The notes beneath the pieces are model-generated. The model had not been told where the DNA came from, searched no databases, and saw only the letters and a list, made by a program, of their open reading frames with translations. A DNA stretch of 64,000 nucleotides from Octopus vulgaris (lineage: Eukaryota). A program made the translations under genes and the position numbers. This document shows, in pieces, positions 11,113 to 26,100 of this stretch. The stretch covers positions 16,988,001-17,052,000 of the forward strand of contig OX597837.1 of assembly GCA_951406725.2 (NCBI GenBank). Direction: 5' to 3'. Positions within the stretch are counted from its first letter, which is position 1; the number at the start of each line of letters is the position of its first letter.

Positions 11113-14100
11113 AAAAGCCAACGACAAGAGTAAAAAGCCAACGACAAGAGTAAAAAGCTGAAGCACAAACAAGCTGAGGAACCAACAACAGTAAAAGCTG
11201 AAGAAACATCAACAACAGTAAAAGCTGAAGAACCATCTACAGCATTAAAAGACGAATAACAAACAACAGTAAAATCTGAAGAACCAATAAAACAGTAAAA
11301 GCTGAAGAACCAACAACAACAGTAAAAGCTGAAGAACCAATAACAGAAAAATCTGAACTACCAACGACAAAAGTAAAATCTAACAAACAAAAGTAATATC
11401 TGAAGAACCATCAACAAAAGTAAAATCTGCATAACCAACGACAAGAGTAAAATCTTAAAAACCAACAAAAACAGTAAAAGCTGAAGAACCAACAACAGTA
11501 AAAGCTGAAGAAGCAACAACATTAAACGCAGAAGAACCAACAACAACAGTAAAAGCTGAAGAACCAACAACAACAGTAAAAGCTGAATAACCGGCAACAA
11601 TAAAAGCTGAATAACAAACAAAAGTAATATCTGAAGAACCATCAACAACAGTAAAAGCTGAAGAATCATCAACAACAGTAAAAGCTGAATAACCAACAGA
11701 AGTAAAAGCTGAAGAACCAACGACAGTAAAAGCTGAAGAACCAACGACAACAGTAAAAGCTGAATAGCCAACAACAACAGTAAAAGCTGAATAAACAAAA
11801 ACAACAGTAAAAGCTGAAGAACCAGCAACAACATTAAAAGATGAATAACAAAGAACAACAGTAAAATCTGAAGTACCAACAACAAAAGTAAAAGTAGAAG
11901 AACCAATAACAGTAAAATCTAAACTACCAACGACAACAGTAAAAGCAGAATAACCAATAACAACAGTAAAAGCTGAAGAACCAACGACAACGGTAAAAGC
12001 TGAATAACAAATAACAACAGTAAAAGCTAAATAACCAACAACAACAGTAAAATCTGAAGAAACATCAAAAACAGTAAAATCTGAAGAACCAGCATCAAGA
12101 GTAAAAGCAGAAGATCTAACAACAGTAAAAGCCAAAGAACCAACAACAGTAAAAGCTGAAGAAGCAACAAGAACAGTAAAAGCAACAACAGTAAAAGCTG
12201 AAGAACCAACAAAAACAGTAAAAGCTGAAGAACCAACAACAACAGTAAAAGCTGAAGAACCAACAACAACAGTAAAAGCTGAAGAACCAACAAAAACAGT
12301 AAAAGCTGAAGAACCAACAACAACAGTAAAAGCTGAAGAACCAACAACAACAGTAAAATCTGAAGAAACATCAACAAAAGCTGAAGAATCAACAACAGTA
12401 GAAGCTGAAGAAACAAGAACAACAGCGGTAAAATCTGATGAACCAAGTACAACAGTACAAGGTAGAAGAGCCAACGACAAGAGTAAAAACTGAAGAAACA
12501 ACAATAACAGTAAAAGCTGAAGCACAAACAACAGTAAAAAGCAAAAGAAACAACAGCAAAAGCTCAAGAACTAACAACAACACTAAAATCTGCATAACCA
12601 ACGACAAGAGTAAAATCTTAAGAACCAACAAAAACAGTAAAAGCTGAGGAACCAACAACAGCATTAAAAGATGAATAACAAACAACAGTAAAATCTAAAG
12701 AACCAATAAAACAGTAAAAGCTGAAGAACCAACAACAACAGTAAAAGTAGAAGAACCAATAACAGTAAAATCTGAACTACCAACGACAAAAGTAAAATCT
12801 AACAAACAAAAGTAATATCTGAAGAACCATCAACAAAAGTAAAATCTGCATAACCAACGACAAGAGTAAAATCTTAAAAACCAACAAAAACAGTAAAAGC
12901 TGAAGAACCAACAACAGTAAAAGCTGAAGAAGCAACAACATTAAACGCAGAAGAACCAACAACAACAGTAAAAGCTGAAGAACCAACAACAACAGTAACA
13001 GCTGAATAACCGGCAACATTAAAAGCTGAATAACAAACAAAAGTAATATCTGAAGAACCATCAACAACAGTAAAAGCTGAAGAACCAACAACAACAGTAA
13101 AAGCTCAATAACCAACAGAAGTAAAAGCTGAAGAACCAACGACAGTAAAAGCTGAAGAACCAACGACAACAGTAAAAGCTGAATAGCCAACAACAACAGT
13201 AAAAGCTGAATAACCAAAAACAACAGTAAAAGCTGAATAGCCATCAACAAAAAAAAGCTGAAGAACCATCAACAGCATTAAAAGCCGAATAACAACAGTT
13301 AAATCTGACGAACCCATAAAACAGTAAAAGCTGAAGAACCAACAACAACAGTAAAAGCTGAAGAACCAGCAACAAAATTAAAAGATGAATAACAAAGAAC
13401 AACAGTAAAATCTGAAGTACCAACAACAAAAGTAAAAGTAGAAGAACCAATAACAGTAAAATCTGAACAACCAACGACAACAGTAAAAGCAGAATAACCA
13501 ATAACAACAACAGCAAATGCTGAAGAACTAACGACAACTGTAAAAGCTGAATAACAAATATCAACAGTAAAAGCTGAATAACCAACAACAACAGTAAAAT
13601 CTGAAGAAACATCAACAACAGTAAAATCTGAAGAACCAGCATCAAGAGTAAAAGCAGATGATCTAACAACAGTAAAAGCCAAAGAACCAACAACAGTAAA
13701 AGCTGAAGAAGCAACAAGAACATACAACAACAGTAAAAGCTGAAGAACCAACAACAACAGTAAAAGGTGAAGAACCAGCAACAACATTAAAAGATGAATA
13801 ACAAAGAACAACAGTAAAATCTGAAGAACCATCAACAAAAGTAAAAGTTGAAAACCAAACGACAACAGTAAAAGCTGAAGAACCAACAAAAACAGTAAAA
13901 GCTGAAGAACCAACAACAACAGTAAAAGCTGAAGAACCAACAACAACAGTAAAAGCTGAAGAACCAACAACAACAGTAAAAGCTGAAGAACCAACAACAG
14001 TAAAAGCTGAAGAACCAACAACAACAGTAAAATCCGAAGAAACATCAACAAAAGCTGAAGAATCAACAACAACAGTAGAAGCTGAAGAAACAAGAACAAC

Positions 14101-17100
14101 AGCGGTAAAATCTGATGAACCAAGTACAACAGTACAAGGTAGAAGAGCCAACGACAAGAGTAAAAACTGAAGAAACAACAATAACAGTAAAAGCTGAAGC
14201 ACAAACAACAGTAAAAAGCAAAAGAAACAACAGCAAAAGCTCAAGAACTAACAACACTAAAATCTGCATAACCAACGACAAGAGTAAAATCTTAAGAACC
14301 AACAAAAACAGTAAAAGCTGAGGAACCAACAACAGCATTAAAAGATGAATAACAAACAACAGTAAAATCTAAAGAACCAATAAAACAGTAAAAGCTGAAG
14401 AACCAACAACAGTAAAAGTAGAAGAACCAATAACAGTAAAATCTGAACTACCAACGACAAAAGTAAAATCTAACAAACAAAAGTAATATCTGAAGAACCA
14501 TCAACAAAAGTAAAATCTGCATAACCAACGACAAGAGTAAAATCTTAAAAACCAACAAAAACAGTAAAAGCTGAAGAACCAACAACAGTAAAAGCTGAAG
14601 AAGCAACAACATTAAACGCAGAAGAACCAACAACAGTAAAAGCTGAAGAACCAACAACAACATTAAAAGCTGAATAACAAACAAAAGTAATATCTGAAGA
14701 ACCATCAACAACAGTAAAAGCTGAAGAACCAACAACAACAGTAAAAGCTGAATAACCAACAGAAGTAAAAGCTGAAGAACCAACGACAGTAAAAGCTGAA
14801 GAACCAACGACAACAGTAACAGCTGAATAGCCAACAACAGTAAAAGCTGAATAACCAAAAACAACAGTAAAAGCTGAATAGCCATCAACAAAAAAAAGCT
14901 GAAGAACCAACAACAGCATTAAAAGCCGAATAACAAATAACAACAGTTAAATCTGACGAACCCAAAAAACAGTAAAAGCTGAAGAACCAACAACAACAGT
15001 AAAAGCGGAAGAACCAGCAACAACAGTAAAAGCTGAAAAACATACAACAACAGTAAAGCTGAAGAACCAACAACAACAGTAAAAGCTGAAGAACCAGCAA
15101 CAACATTAAAAGATGAATAACAAAGAACAACAGTAAAATCTGAAGTACCAACAACAAAAGTAAAAGTAGAAGAACCAACAACAGTAAAATCTGAAGAACC
15201 AACGACAACAGTAAAAGCTGAATAACCAACAACAACAGTAAAATCTGAAGAAACATCAAAAACAGTAAAATCTGAAGAACCAGCATCAAGAGTAAAAGCA
15301 GATGATCTAACAACAGTAAAAGCCAAAGAACCAACAACAGTAAAAGCTGAAGAAGCAACAAGAACATACAACAACAGTAAAAGCTGAAGAACCAACAACA
15401 ACAGTAAAAGGTGAAGAACCAACAACAACAGTAAAAGGTGAAGAACCAGCAACAACATTAAAAGATGAATAACAAAGAACAACAGTAAAATCTGAAGAAC
15501 CATCAACAAAAGTAAAAGTTGAAAACCAAACGACAACAGTAAAAGCTGAAGAACCAACAAAAACAGTAAAAGCTGAATAACCAACAACAACAGTAAAAGC
15601 TGAAGAACCAACAACAACAGTAAAAGCTGAAGAACCAACAAAAACAGTAAAAGCTGAAGAACCAACAACAACAGTAAAAGTTGAAGAACCAACAACAACA
15701 GTAAAATCTGAAGAAACATCAACAAAAGCTGAAGAATCAACAACAACAGTAGAAGCTGAAGAAACAAGAACAGCGGTAAAATCTGATGAACCAAGTACAA
15801 CAGTACAAGGTAGAAGAGCCAACGACAAGAGTAAAAACTGAAGAAACAACAATAACAGTAAAAGCTGAAGCACAAACAACAGTAAAAAGCAAAAGAAACA
15901 ACAGCAAAAGCTCAAGAACTAACAACAGTAAAATCTGCATAACCAACAACAGTAAAATCTTAAGAGCCAACAAAAACAGTAAAAGCTGAGAACCAACAGC
16001 AGCATTAAAAGATGAATAACAAACAACAGTAAAATCTAAAGAACCAATAAAGAACCAACAAAGAACCAGTAAAAGCTGAAGAACCAACAACAACAGTAAA
16101 AGCTGAAAAACACAACAACAGTAAAAGCTGAAGAACCAACAACAACAGTAAAAGCTGAATAACCAACAACAACAGTAAAAGCTGAATAACCAACAACAAC
16201 AGTAAAATCTGAAGAAACATCAACAACAGTAAAAGCTGAAGAACCAACAACAACAGTAAAAGCTGAAGAACCAACGACATAGCTTTTACTGTTGTTGATG
16301 GTTCTTCAGCTTTTACTGTTGTTGGTTCTTCAGCTTTTACTGTTGTTGATGGTTCTTCAGGTTTTACTGTTGTAATTGCTTCTTCAAATTTTACAGTTGT
16401 TGGTTATTCAGCTTTCACTGTTGTTAGTGGTTATTAAAAGCTGAAAAACAAACAACAACAGTAAAAGCTGAAGAGCCAACAACAATAGTAAAAGCTGGAG
16501 AACCGGCAACAACAATAAAAGCTGAAGAACCAACAACAGTAAAAGCTGAAGAACCAACAGAAGTAAAAGCTGAAGAACCAACAGTAAAAGCTGAAGAACT
16601 GTTGTTGGTTCTTCATCTTTTACTGTTGTTGTTGGTTATTCAGATTTTACTCTCGTTGGTTCTTCAGCTTTTAATGTTTTCGATGGTTCTTTAGCTTTTA
16701 CTGTTGTTGTTGGTTCTTCAGACTTTTCTGTAGTTGTTAATTCTTCAGCTTTTACTGTTATGGATAGTCTTTCTACTTCTACTGTTGTTGATGGTTCTTC
16801 AGGTTTTACTGTTGTTATTGGTTTTTCAGATTTTTCTGTTGTTGGTTGTTCAGCTTTTACTGTTTTCCTTAGTTCTTCACCTTTTAATGTTTTATTGTTG
16901 TTGGTTATTCAGCTTTCACTGTTGTTATTGGTTATTAAAAGCAGAAAAACAAACAACAGTAAAAGCTGAAGAACCAACAACAACAGTCAAAGCTGAATAA
17001 CCAGCAACAGTAAAAGCTGAAGAAGCAAGAACAAGCTGAATAACCGGCAACATTAAAAGCTGAATAACAAACAACAGTAAAACCTGAAGAACCATCAACA

Positions 17101-20100
17101 ACAGTAAAAGCTGAAGAACCAACAACAACAGTAAAAGCTGAAGAACTAACAACAACAGTAAAAGCTGAAGTACCATCAACAGCATTAAAAGCCGAATAAC
17201 AAACAACAGTAAAAATCTGAAGAGCCAAACAGTAAAAGCTGAAGAACCAACAACAACAGTAAAAGCGGAAGAACCAACAACAACAACAGCAACAGTAAAA
17301 GCTGATGAGCCAACAACAGTAAAAGATGAAGAACCAAGAACAACAGTAAAAGCCGAAGAAACAACAACAGTAAAAGCTGAAGTACCAGCGGTAAAAGCAG
17401 AATAACTGTTGTTGGTTCTTCGGCTTTTACTGTTGTTAGTTCTTGTCCTTTTACTGTGGTTGCTGGTTCTTCAGATTTTACTCTTGTTGTTGGTTATTCA
17501 GCTTTTACTGTTGTTATTGGTTATTCAGCTTTTACAGTTGTCGTTGGTTCTTCAGCTTTTACTGTTGTTGGTTCTTCAGGATTTACTGTTGTTATTGGTT
17601 GTTCTGCTTTTACTGTTGTCGTTGGTTCTTCAGCTTTTACTGTTGTTGGTACTTCAGATTTTGCTGTTGTTGTTTCTTTTGCTTTTTTACTCTTGTTGTT
17701 TGTGCTTCAGCTTTTACTTTTATTGTTGTTTCTTCAGTTTTTACTCGTGTCGTTGGAAATTCTACCTTGTACTGTTGTACTTGGTTCATCAGCTTTTACT
17801 GCTCTTGATGGTTCTTTAGGTGTTACGGTTGTTGGTTCTTCAGGTTTTACTGTTGTTCTTGGTTCTTCAGGTTTTACTGTTGTTGTTGGTTCTTCAGGTT
17901 TTACTGTTGTTGTTGTTTCTTCAGGTTTTACTGTTGTTGTGGGTTATTCAGCTTTTACTGCTCTTGATGGTTCTTTTTTGTTGTTGTTGATTCTTCATCT
18001 ATTACATTTGTTGTTGGTTATTCAGCTTTCACTGTTGTTATTGGTTATTAAAAGCTGAAAAACAAATAACAACAGTAAAAGCTAAAGAGCCAATAACAAC
18101 CGTGAAAGCTGAAGAACAAGCGACAACAGTAAAAGCTGAAAAACCAACAACAGTAAAAGCTGAAGCAGCAGGAACAACAGTAAAGCTGAATAACCGGCAA
18201 CATTAAAAGCTGGATAACAAAAAACAGTAAAATCTGAAGAACCATCAACAACAGTAAAACCTGAAGAACCAACAACAGTAAAAGCTGAATAACCAACAAC
18301 AAAAGTAAAACATGAACAAACATCAACAAAGTAAAAGCTGAAGATCTGACAACAAAAGTAAAAGCAGAAGAACCAACAACAACAGTAAAAGCCGAAGAAC
18401 CAACAACAGTAAAAGCTGAAGAACCAACAACAGTAAAACATGAAGAACGAACAACAACAGTAAAATCTGAAGAAACATCAACAACAGTAAAAGCTGAAGA
18501 ACCGGCAACATCAGTAAAAGCTGAATAACAAAGAACAACAGTAATATCTGAAGAACCAACAACAGTAAAAGCTGAAAACGCCAACAGTAAAAGCAGAAGA
18601 ACCAACAAAAACAGTAAAAGCTTAAGAACCAACAACAACAGTAAAAGCTGAAGAAACAACAACAAGAGTAAAAGCTGAATAACCAACAACAACAGTAAAA
18701 GCTGCATAACCAACAATAGTAAAAGCTGAAAACCAAACGACAAGAGTAAAACCTTAAGAACCAACAACAACAGTAAAAGTTGAAGAACCATCAAGAGCTG
18801 TAAAATCTGATGAACCAAGTACAACAGTACAAGGTAGAAGACCCAACGACAAGAGTAAAAACTGAAGAAACAACAATAACAGTAAAAGCTGAAGCACAAA
18901 CGACAACAGGAAAAAACAAAAGAAACAACAGCAAAAGCTGAAGAACTACCAACAACAGTAAAACCTGAAGAAACATCAACAACAGTAAAAGCTGAAGAAC
19001 CAACAACAAAATAAAAGCTGAAGAACCAGCAACAGCATTAATAGCCCAATAACAAACAACAACAGTAAAATCTGAAGAACCAATAAAACAGTAAAAGCTG
19101 AAGAACCAAGAACAACAGTAAAAACGGAAGCAACAACAACTGTGAAAGCTGAAAAACAAACAACAACAGTAAAAAACAAAAGAAACAACAGCAAAAGCTG
19201 AAGAACTACCAACAACAGTAAAACCTGAAGAAACATCAACAACAGTAAAAGCTAAAGAACCAACAACAGTAAAATCTGATGAACCATTAAAACAGTAAAA
19301 GCTGAAGAACCAAACAAACGGAAGAAACAACAGTGAAAGCTGAAAAAAAAACATCAGTAAAAGCAGAAGAACCAGCAACAACAGCAAGTAAAACCTGAAC
19401 AAAAATAGTAAAAGTTGGAGAACCAACAACAACAGTAAATGCTGAAGAACCAATGACAACAGTAAAAGCAGAATAACTGTTGTTAGTTCTGCTTTTAATG
19501 TGGTTGCTGTTTCTTCAGATTTTACTGTTTTATTGGTTCTTGTCCTTTTACTGTGGTTGTTGGTTATACAGCTTTTACTGTTACTGTTACTGTTGGTTCT
19601 TCAGCTTTTACTGTTATTGTTACTTCAGCTTTTACTGTTGTTTCTTTTGCTTTTTTAGTCTTGTTGTTTGTGCTTCAGCTTTTACTTTTATTGTTGTTTC
19701 TTCAGTTTTTACTCGTGTCGTTGGAAATTCTACCTTGTACTGTTGTACTTGGTTCATCAGCTTTTACTGCTCTTGATGGTTCTTTAGGTGTTACGGTTGT
19801 TGGTTCTTCAGCTTTTACTGTTGTTCTTGGTTCTTCAGGTTTTACTGTTGTTGTTGGTTCTTCAGGTTTTACTGTTGTTGTTGTTTCTTCAGGTTTTACT
19901 GTTGGTTATCCAACTTTTACTGTTATTGGTTATTCAGCTTTTACAGTTGTCGTTGGTTCTTCAGCTGTTACTGTTGGTTCTTCAGCTTTTACTGTTATTG
20001 TTACTTCAGATTTTGCTGTTGTTGTTTCTTTTGCTTTTTTAGTCTTGTTGTTTGTGCTTCAGCTTTTACTTTTATTGTTGTTTCTTCAGTTTTTACTCGT

Positions 20101-23100
20101 GTCGATGGTTCTTTAGGTGTTACGGTTGTTGGTTCTTCAGGTTTTACTGTTGTTCTTGGTTCTTCAGGTTTTACTGTTGTTGCTGGTTCTTCAGGTTTTA
20201 CTGTTGTTGTTGTTTCTTCAGGTTTTACTGTATTTGTGGGTTATTCAGCTTTTACTGCTCTTGATGGTTCTTTTTTGTTGTTGTTGATTCTTCATCTTTT
20301 ACTGTTGTTGATGGTTCTTCAGCTTTTACTGTTGTTGGTTCTTCAGCTTTTACTGTTGTTATTGGTTCTTCAGATTTTACAGTTGTTGTTGGTCATTCAG
20401 CTTTCACTGTTGTTATTGTTAATTAAAAGCTGAAAAACAAACAACGACAGTAAAAGCTGAAGAACCAACAACAACAGTAAAATCTGAAGAACCAATAACA
20501 ACAGTAAAAGCTGAAGAACCAGCAACAACAGTAAAAGCAGAAGAACCAACAACAACAGCAAAAGCTGAAGAACCAACAACAGCAAAAGCTGATGAAGCAA
20601 GAACAACAGAAAAAGTTGAATAACCGGCAACATTATAAGCTGAATAACAAACTAAAATCTAAATAACCAACAACAAAAGTAAAAGCTGAAGAACATTAAA
20701 ATCTAAAGAACCAATAAAACAGAAAAAGCTGAAGAACGAACAACAACAGTAAAAGCTGAAAAACCAACAACAAAAGTAAAAGCTGAAAAACAAACAACAA
20801 AAGTAAAAGCTGAAGAGCCAACAACAGTAAAAGGTGAAGAACCAACAACAGTAAAGCCGAAGAACCAATAAAACAATAAAAGCTGAAGAACCATTAAAAC
20901 AGTAAAAGCTGAAGAACCAACAACAATAGTAAACTCTGAAGAAACATCAACAACAGTAAAATCTGAAAAACCCTCAACAATAGTAAAAGCTAAATAACCA
21001 ACAACAACAGAAAAAGCTGAATAACCAACAACAGTAAAAGCTGAAGAAGGAAGAACAACTGTAAAAGATGAATAACCGGCAACATTAAAAGCTGAATAAC
21101 AAACAACAGTAAAATTTGAAGAACCATCAACAATAGTAAAAGCTAAATAACCTACAACAACAGTAAAAGCTGAAGAACCAACAACAGTAAAAGCTGAAGA
21201 AGCAAGAACAACTGTAAAAGATGAATAACCGGCAACATTAAAAGCTGAATAACAAACAACAGTAAAATCTGAAGAACCATCAACAACAGTAAAAGCTAAA
21301 GAAGCAACAACAACAGTAAAACCTGAAGAAACATCAACAGTAAAAGCTGAATAAATAACAACAAAAGTAAAAGCTGAAAAACCATCAACAGCATTAAAGG
21401 CCGAATAACAAACAACAACAGTAAAATCTGAAGAACCAATAAAACAGTGAATGCTGAAGAACCAGCAACAACGTTAAAATATGAATAACCAACAACAACA
21501 GTAAAAGCTGAAGAACCAACAACAGTAAGAGCTGAAGAAGCAAGAACAACTGTAAAAGATGAATAACCGGCAACATTAAAAGCTGAATAACAAACAACAG
21601 AGAAACCTGAAGAACCAATAAAACAGTAAAAGCTGAAGAACCAACAACAACAGTAAAAGCTGAAAAACAAACAACAGTAAAAGCTGAGAGCCAACAACAA
21701 CAGTAAAAGCTGAAGAACCAACAACAACAGTAAAATCTGAAGAACCAGCAACAATAATAAAAGCTAAAGAAGCAACAACAGTAAAAGCTGAAGAACCGGC
21801 AACAACAGTAAAAGCTGAATAACGAACAACAACAGCAAAATCTGAAGAACCAACAACAACAGTAAAAGTTGAAAACCAAACGACAACAGTAAAACCTTAA
21901 GTACCAACAACAACAGTAAAAGTTGATGAACTATCAAGAGCTGTAAAATCTGATGAACCAAGTACAACAGTACAAGGTAGAAGAGCCAACGACAAGAGAA
22001 AAAACTGAAGAAACAACAATAACAGTTAAAGCTTAAGCACAAACAACAACAGTAAAAGGTGAAGAACCAACAATAACAGTTAAAGCTGAAGCACAAACAA
22101 CAACAGTAAAAGCTGAAGAACCAACAACAACAGTAAAATCTGAAGAACCAATAAAACAGTAAAAGCTGAAGAACCAACAACAGTAAAACCTGAAGTACCA
22201 ACAACAATAGTAAAATCTGAAGAAACATCAACAATAGTAAAAGCTGAAGAACCGAAAACAACAGTAAAAGCTGAAGAACAACAACAGTAAAATCTGAAGA
22301 GCCAACAACAACAGTAAAAGCTGAAGAACCAACAACAACAGTAAAAGCTGAAGAACCAGCAACAATGTTAAAATATGAATAACAATCAACAACAGTAAAA
22401 TCTGAAAAACCAACAACAACAGTAAAAGCTGAATAACCAACAACAACAGTAAAAGCTGAAGAACCGGCAACATTAAAAGCTGAATAACAAACAATAGTAA
22501 AATCTGAAGAAACAACAACAACAGTAAAAGCTGAAGAAACAACAACAACAGTAAAAGAAGAAGAAACATCAACAACAGTAAAAGCTGAAGAACCAACAAC
22601 AACAGTAAAAGGTGAAGAACCATCAACAGTATTAAAGGCCGAATTACAAACAACAACAGTAAAATCTAAAGAACCAAAAAAATAGTAAAAGCTGAAGAAC
22701 CAACGACAACAGTAAAAGCAGAATAACTGTTGGTTTTTCGGCTTTTACTGTTAGTTCTGCTTTTACTGCGGTTGCTGGTTCTTCAGATTTTACTGTTGTT
22801 GATGTTTTCAGATTTTACTATTGTTCTTTGTTATTCAGCTTTTACTGAAGCGGTTGCTGCTTCTTAAGATTTTACTGTTGTTGTTGGTTCTTCAGGTTTT
22901 ACTGTTGTTGTTGTTTCTTCAGGTTTTACTGTTGTTGTTGGTTCTTCAGCTTTTACTGTTGTTATTGGTTCTTCAGCTTTTACTGTTGTTGTTGGTTGTT
23001 CAGCTTTTACTGTTGTTGTTGGTTCTTCAGCTTTTACTGTTGTTGTTGGTTCTTCATCTTTTACTGTTGTTGGTTATTCAGATTTTTCTCTTGTTTTTAG

Positions 23101-26100
23101 TTGTCAGCTTTTACTCTTGTTGTTGGTTCTTCAGCTTATAATGATTTTGATGGTTCTTCGGCTTTTACTGTTGTTGTTGCTTCTTCAGCTTTTTCTGTTA
23201 TTGATAGTTTTTCAGCTTTTACGGTTGTTGATGGTTCTTCAGGTTTTACTGTTGTTATTGGTTTTTCAGAATTTACTGTTCTTGTTTCTTCCAAAAGCCG
23301 AAGTACCCACAACAGTAAAAGCTGAAGAACCAACAACAACAGTCAAAGCTGAAGAACTAACAACAACAGTAAAATCTGAAGAACCAAGAACAACAGTTGG
23401 TTATTCAGCTTTTACTGTTGTTGTTGGTTATTCAGCTTTTACTGTTGTTATTGGTTATTAAAAGCTGAAAACAAACAACATCAGTAAAAGCTGAAGAACC
23501 AACGACAACAGTAAAAGCTGAATAACCAACAACAACAGTAAAAGCTGATGAACCAACAACAACACTAAAAGCTGAAGAACCAACAACAACAGTAAAATCT
23601 GAAGAACCAATAAAACAGTAAAACCTGAAGAACCATCAACAGTAAAATCTAAAGAACCAACAACAACAGTATTAGCTGAAAACCAAACGACAACAGTAAA
23701 AGCTGAAGAACCAACAAAAATAGTAAAAGCTGAAGAATTAACAACAATAGTAAAATAAAGTACTAACGACAAAAGTAAAAGCTGAAGAACCAACAGTAAA
23801 ATCTGATGTACCAACGGAAGCAGTAACAGCAGAATAACTGTTGTTGGTTCTTCGGCTTTTACTGTTGTTAGGGCTTCTGCTTTTACTGTGGTTGCTGGTT
23901 CTTCAGATTTTACTGTTGTTGTTGGTTATTCAGCTTTTATTGTTGTTGTTGGTTATTCAGCTTTTACTGTTGTTATTGGTTATTCAGATTTTACTGTTGT
24001 TGTTGGTTATTCAGCTTTTACTGTTGTTGTTGGTTATTCAGCTTTTACTGTTGTTGTTGGTTATTCAGCTTTTACTGTTGTTATTGGTTATTCAGATTTT
24101 ACTGTTGTTGTTGGTTATTCAGCTTTTACTGTTGTTGGTTATTCAGCTTTCACTGTTGTTGGTTATTCAGCTTTTACTGTTGTTATTGGTTCTTTAGCTT
24201 TTACTGTTGTTGTTGGTTATTCAGCTTTTATTGTTGTTGGTTTTTCAGCTTTTACTGTTGTTGTTGGTTATTCAGCTTTTACTGTTGTTATTGGTTATTC
24301 AGATTTTACAGCTGTCGTTGGTACTTCAGCTTTTACTGTTGTTAGTTCTTCAGGTTTTACTGTTGTTATTAGTTGTTCTGCTTTTACTGTTGTCGTTGGT
24401 TCTTCAGCATTTACTGTTGTTGGTACTTCAAATTTTGCTCTTGTTGTATGTGCTTTAGCTTTTACTGTTATTGTTGTTACTCTTATTGATAGTTTTTCAG
24501 GTTTTACTGTTATTGGTTTTTCAGATTTTACTGTTGTCGTTGCTTCTTCAGCTTTTAATGTTGTTGTTAGTTCTTCAACTTTTACTGTTGTTGAAGTTTC
24601 TTCAGGTTTTACTGTTTTTGTTGGTTTTCAGCTGTTACTCTTGTCGTTGGCTCTTCTACCTTGTACTGTTGTACTTGGTTTATCAGCTTTTACTGCTCTT
24701 GATGGTTCTTTTTTGTTGTTGTTCATTCTTCATTTACTTTTGTTGTTTGTTCTTCAGCTTTTACTCTTGTTGTTGGTTCTTCAGCTTTTACTGTTGTTGT
24801 TGGTTATTCAGATTTTTCTCTTGTTTTTACTTGTCAGCTTTTACTCTTGTTGGTTCTTCAGCTGTTAATGTTTTTGATGGTTCTTCAGCTTTTACTGTTG
24901 TTGTTGGTTCTTCAGCTTTTACTGTTGTCGTTGGTTCTTCAGCTTTTACTATTGTTGATTCTTCAGACTTTTCAGTTGTTGTTACTTCTTCAACTTTTAC
25001 TGTTGATGATGGTTTGTCAGCTTTTACTATTGTTGTTTGTTCTTCAGCTTTTACTGTTGTTGTTAATTCTTCAGCTTTTAATGTTTTATTGGTTCTTCAG
25101 ATTTTACTGTTGTTGTTGGTTCTTCAGCTTTTACTGTTGTTGATTCTTCAGCTTTTACTATTGTTGATTCTTCAGACTTTTCAGTCGTTTTTACTGCTTC
25201 AGCTTTTACTGTTGATGATGGTTTTTCAACTTTTACTGTTGTTATTGGTTCTTTAGCTTTTACTGTTGTTGTTGGTTCTTCAGCTTTTACAGTTGTTGTT
25301 GGGTCTTCAGGTTTTACTGTTGTTGTTGGTTCTTCAGATTTTACTGTTGTTATTGGTTCTTCAGATTTTACAGTTGTTGTTGGTTATTCAGCTTTTACTG
25401 TTGTTGGTACTTCAGATTTTTCTGTTGTTGTTTCTTTTGCTTTTTTACTCTTGTTGTTTGTTCTTCAGGTTTTACTGTTATTGTTGATTCTTCAGTTTTT
25501 AGTCTTGTCGTTGGATCTTCTACCTTGTACTGTTGTACTTGGTTCATCAATTTTTACTGTTGTTGTTGGTTCTTAAGATTTTACTGAAGAACCAACAACA
25601 GCAGTAAAATCTGAAAAACCAACAACAGTAAAAGCTGAAGAACCAATAATAACAGTAAAAGCTGAAAAACTATCAATAACAGTAAAACCGGAAGAACCAA
25701 CAACAACAGTAAAAGCTGAAGAACCATCAAAAACATTAAAAGCTGAAGAACCAACAGCAAAAGCTGAATAACCAACACAGTAAAATCTGCTGTTCTTGGT
25801 TCTTCAGCTTTTACTGTTGTTGTTGGTTCTTCAGCTTTTACTGTTGTTGTTGGTTCTTCAGCTTTTAATGTTTTTGATGGTTCTTCAGCTTTTACTGTTA
25901 TTGATAGTTTTTTAGCTTTTACTGTTGTTAATGGTTCTTCAGCTTTTAATGTTGTTGGTTTTTCAGATTTTACTGTTGTTATTAGTTGTTCAGCTTTTAC
26001 AGTTGTCGTTGGTTCTTCAGCATTTACTGTTGTTAGTACTTAAAATTTTGCTCTTGTTGTATGTGCTTCAGCTTTTACTGTTATTGTTGTTTCTTCAGTT

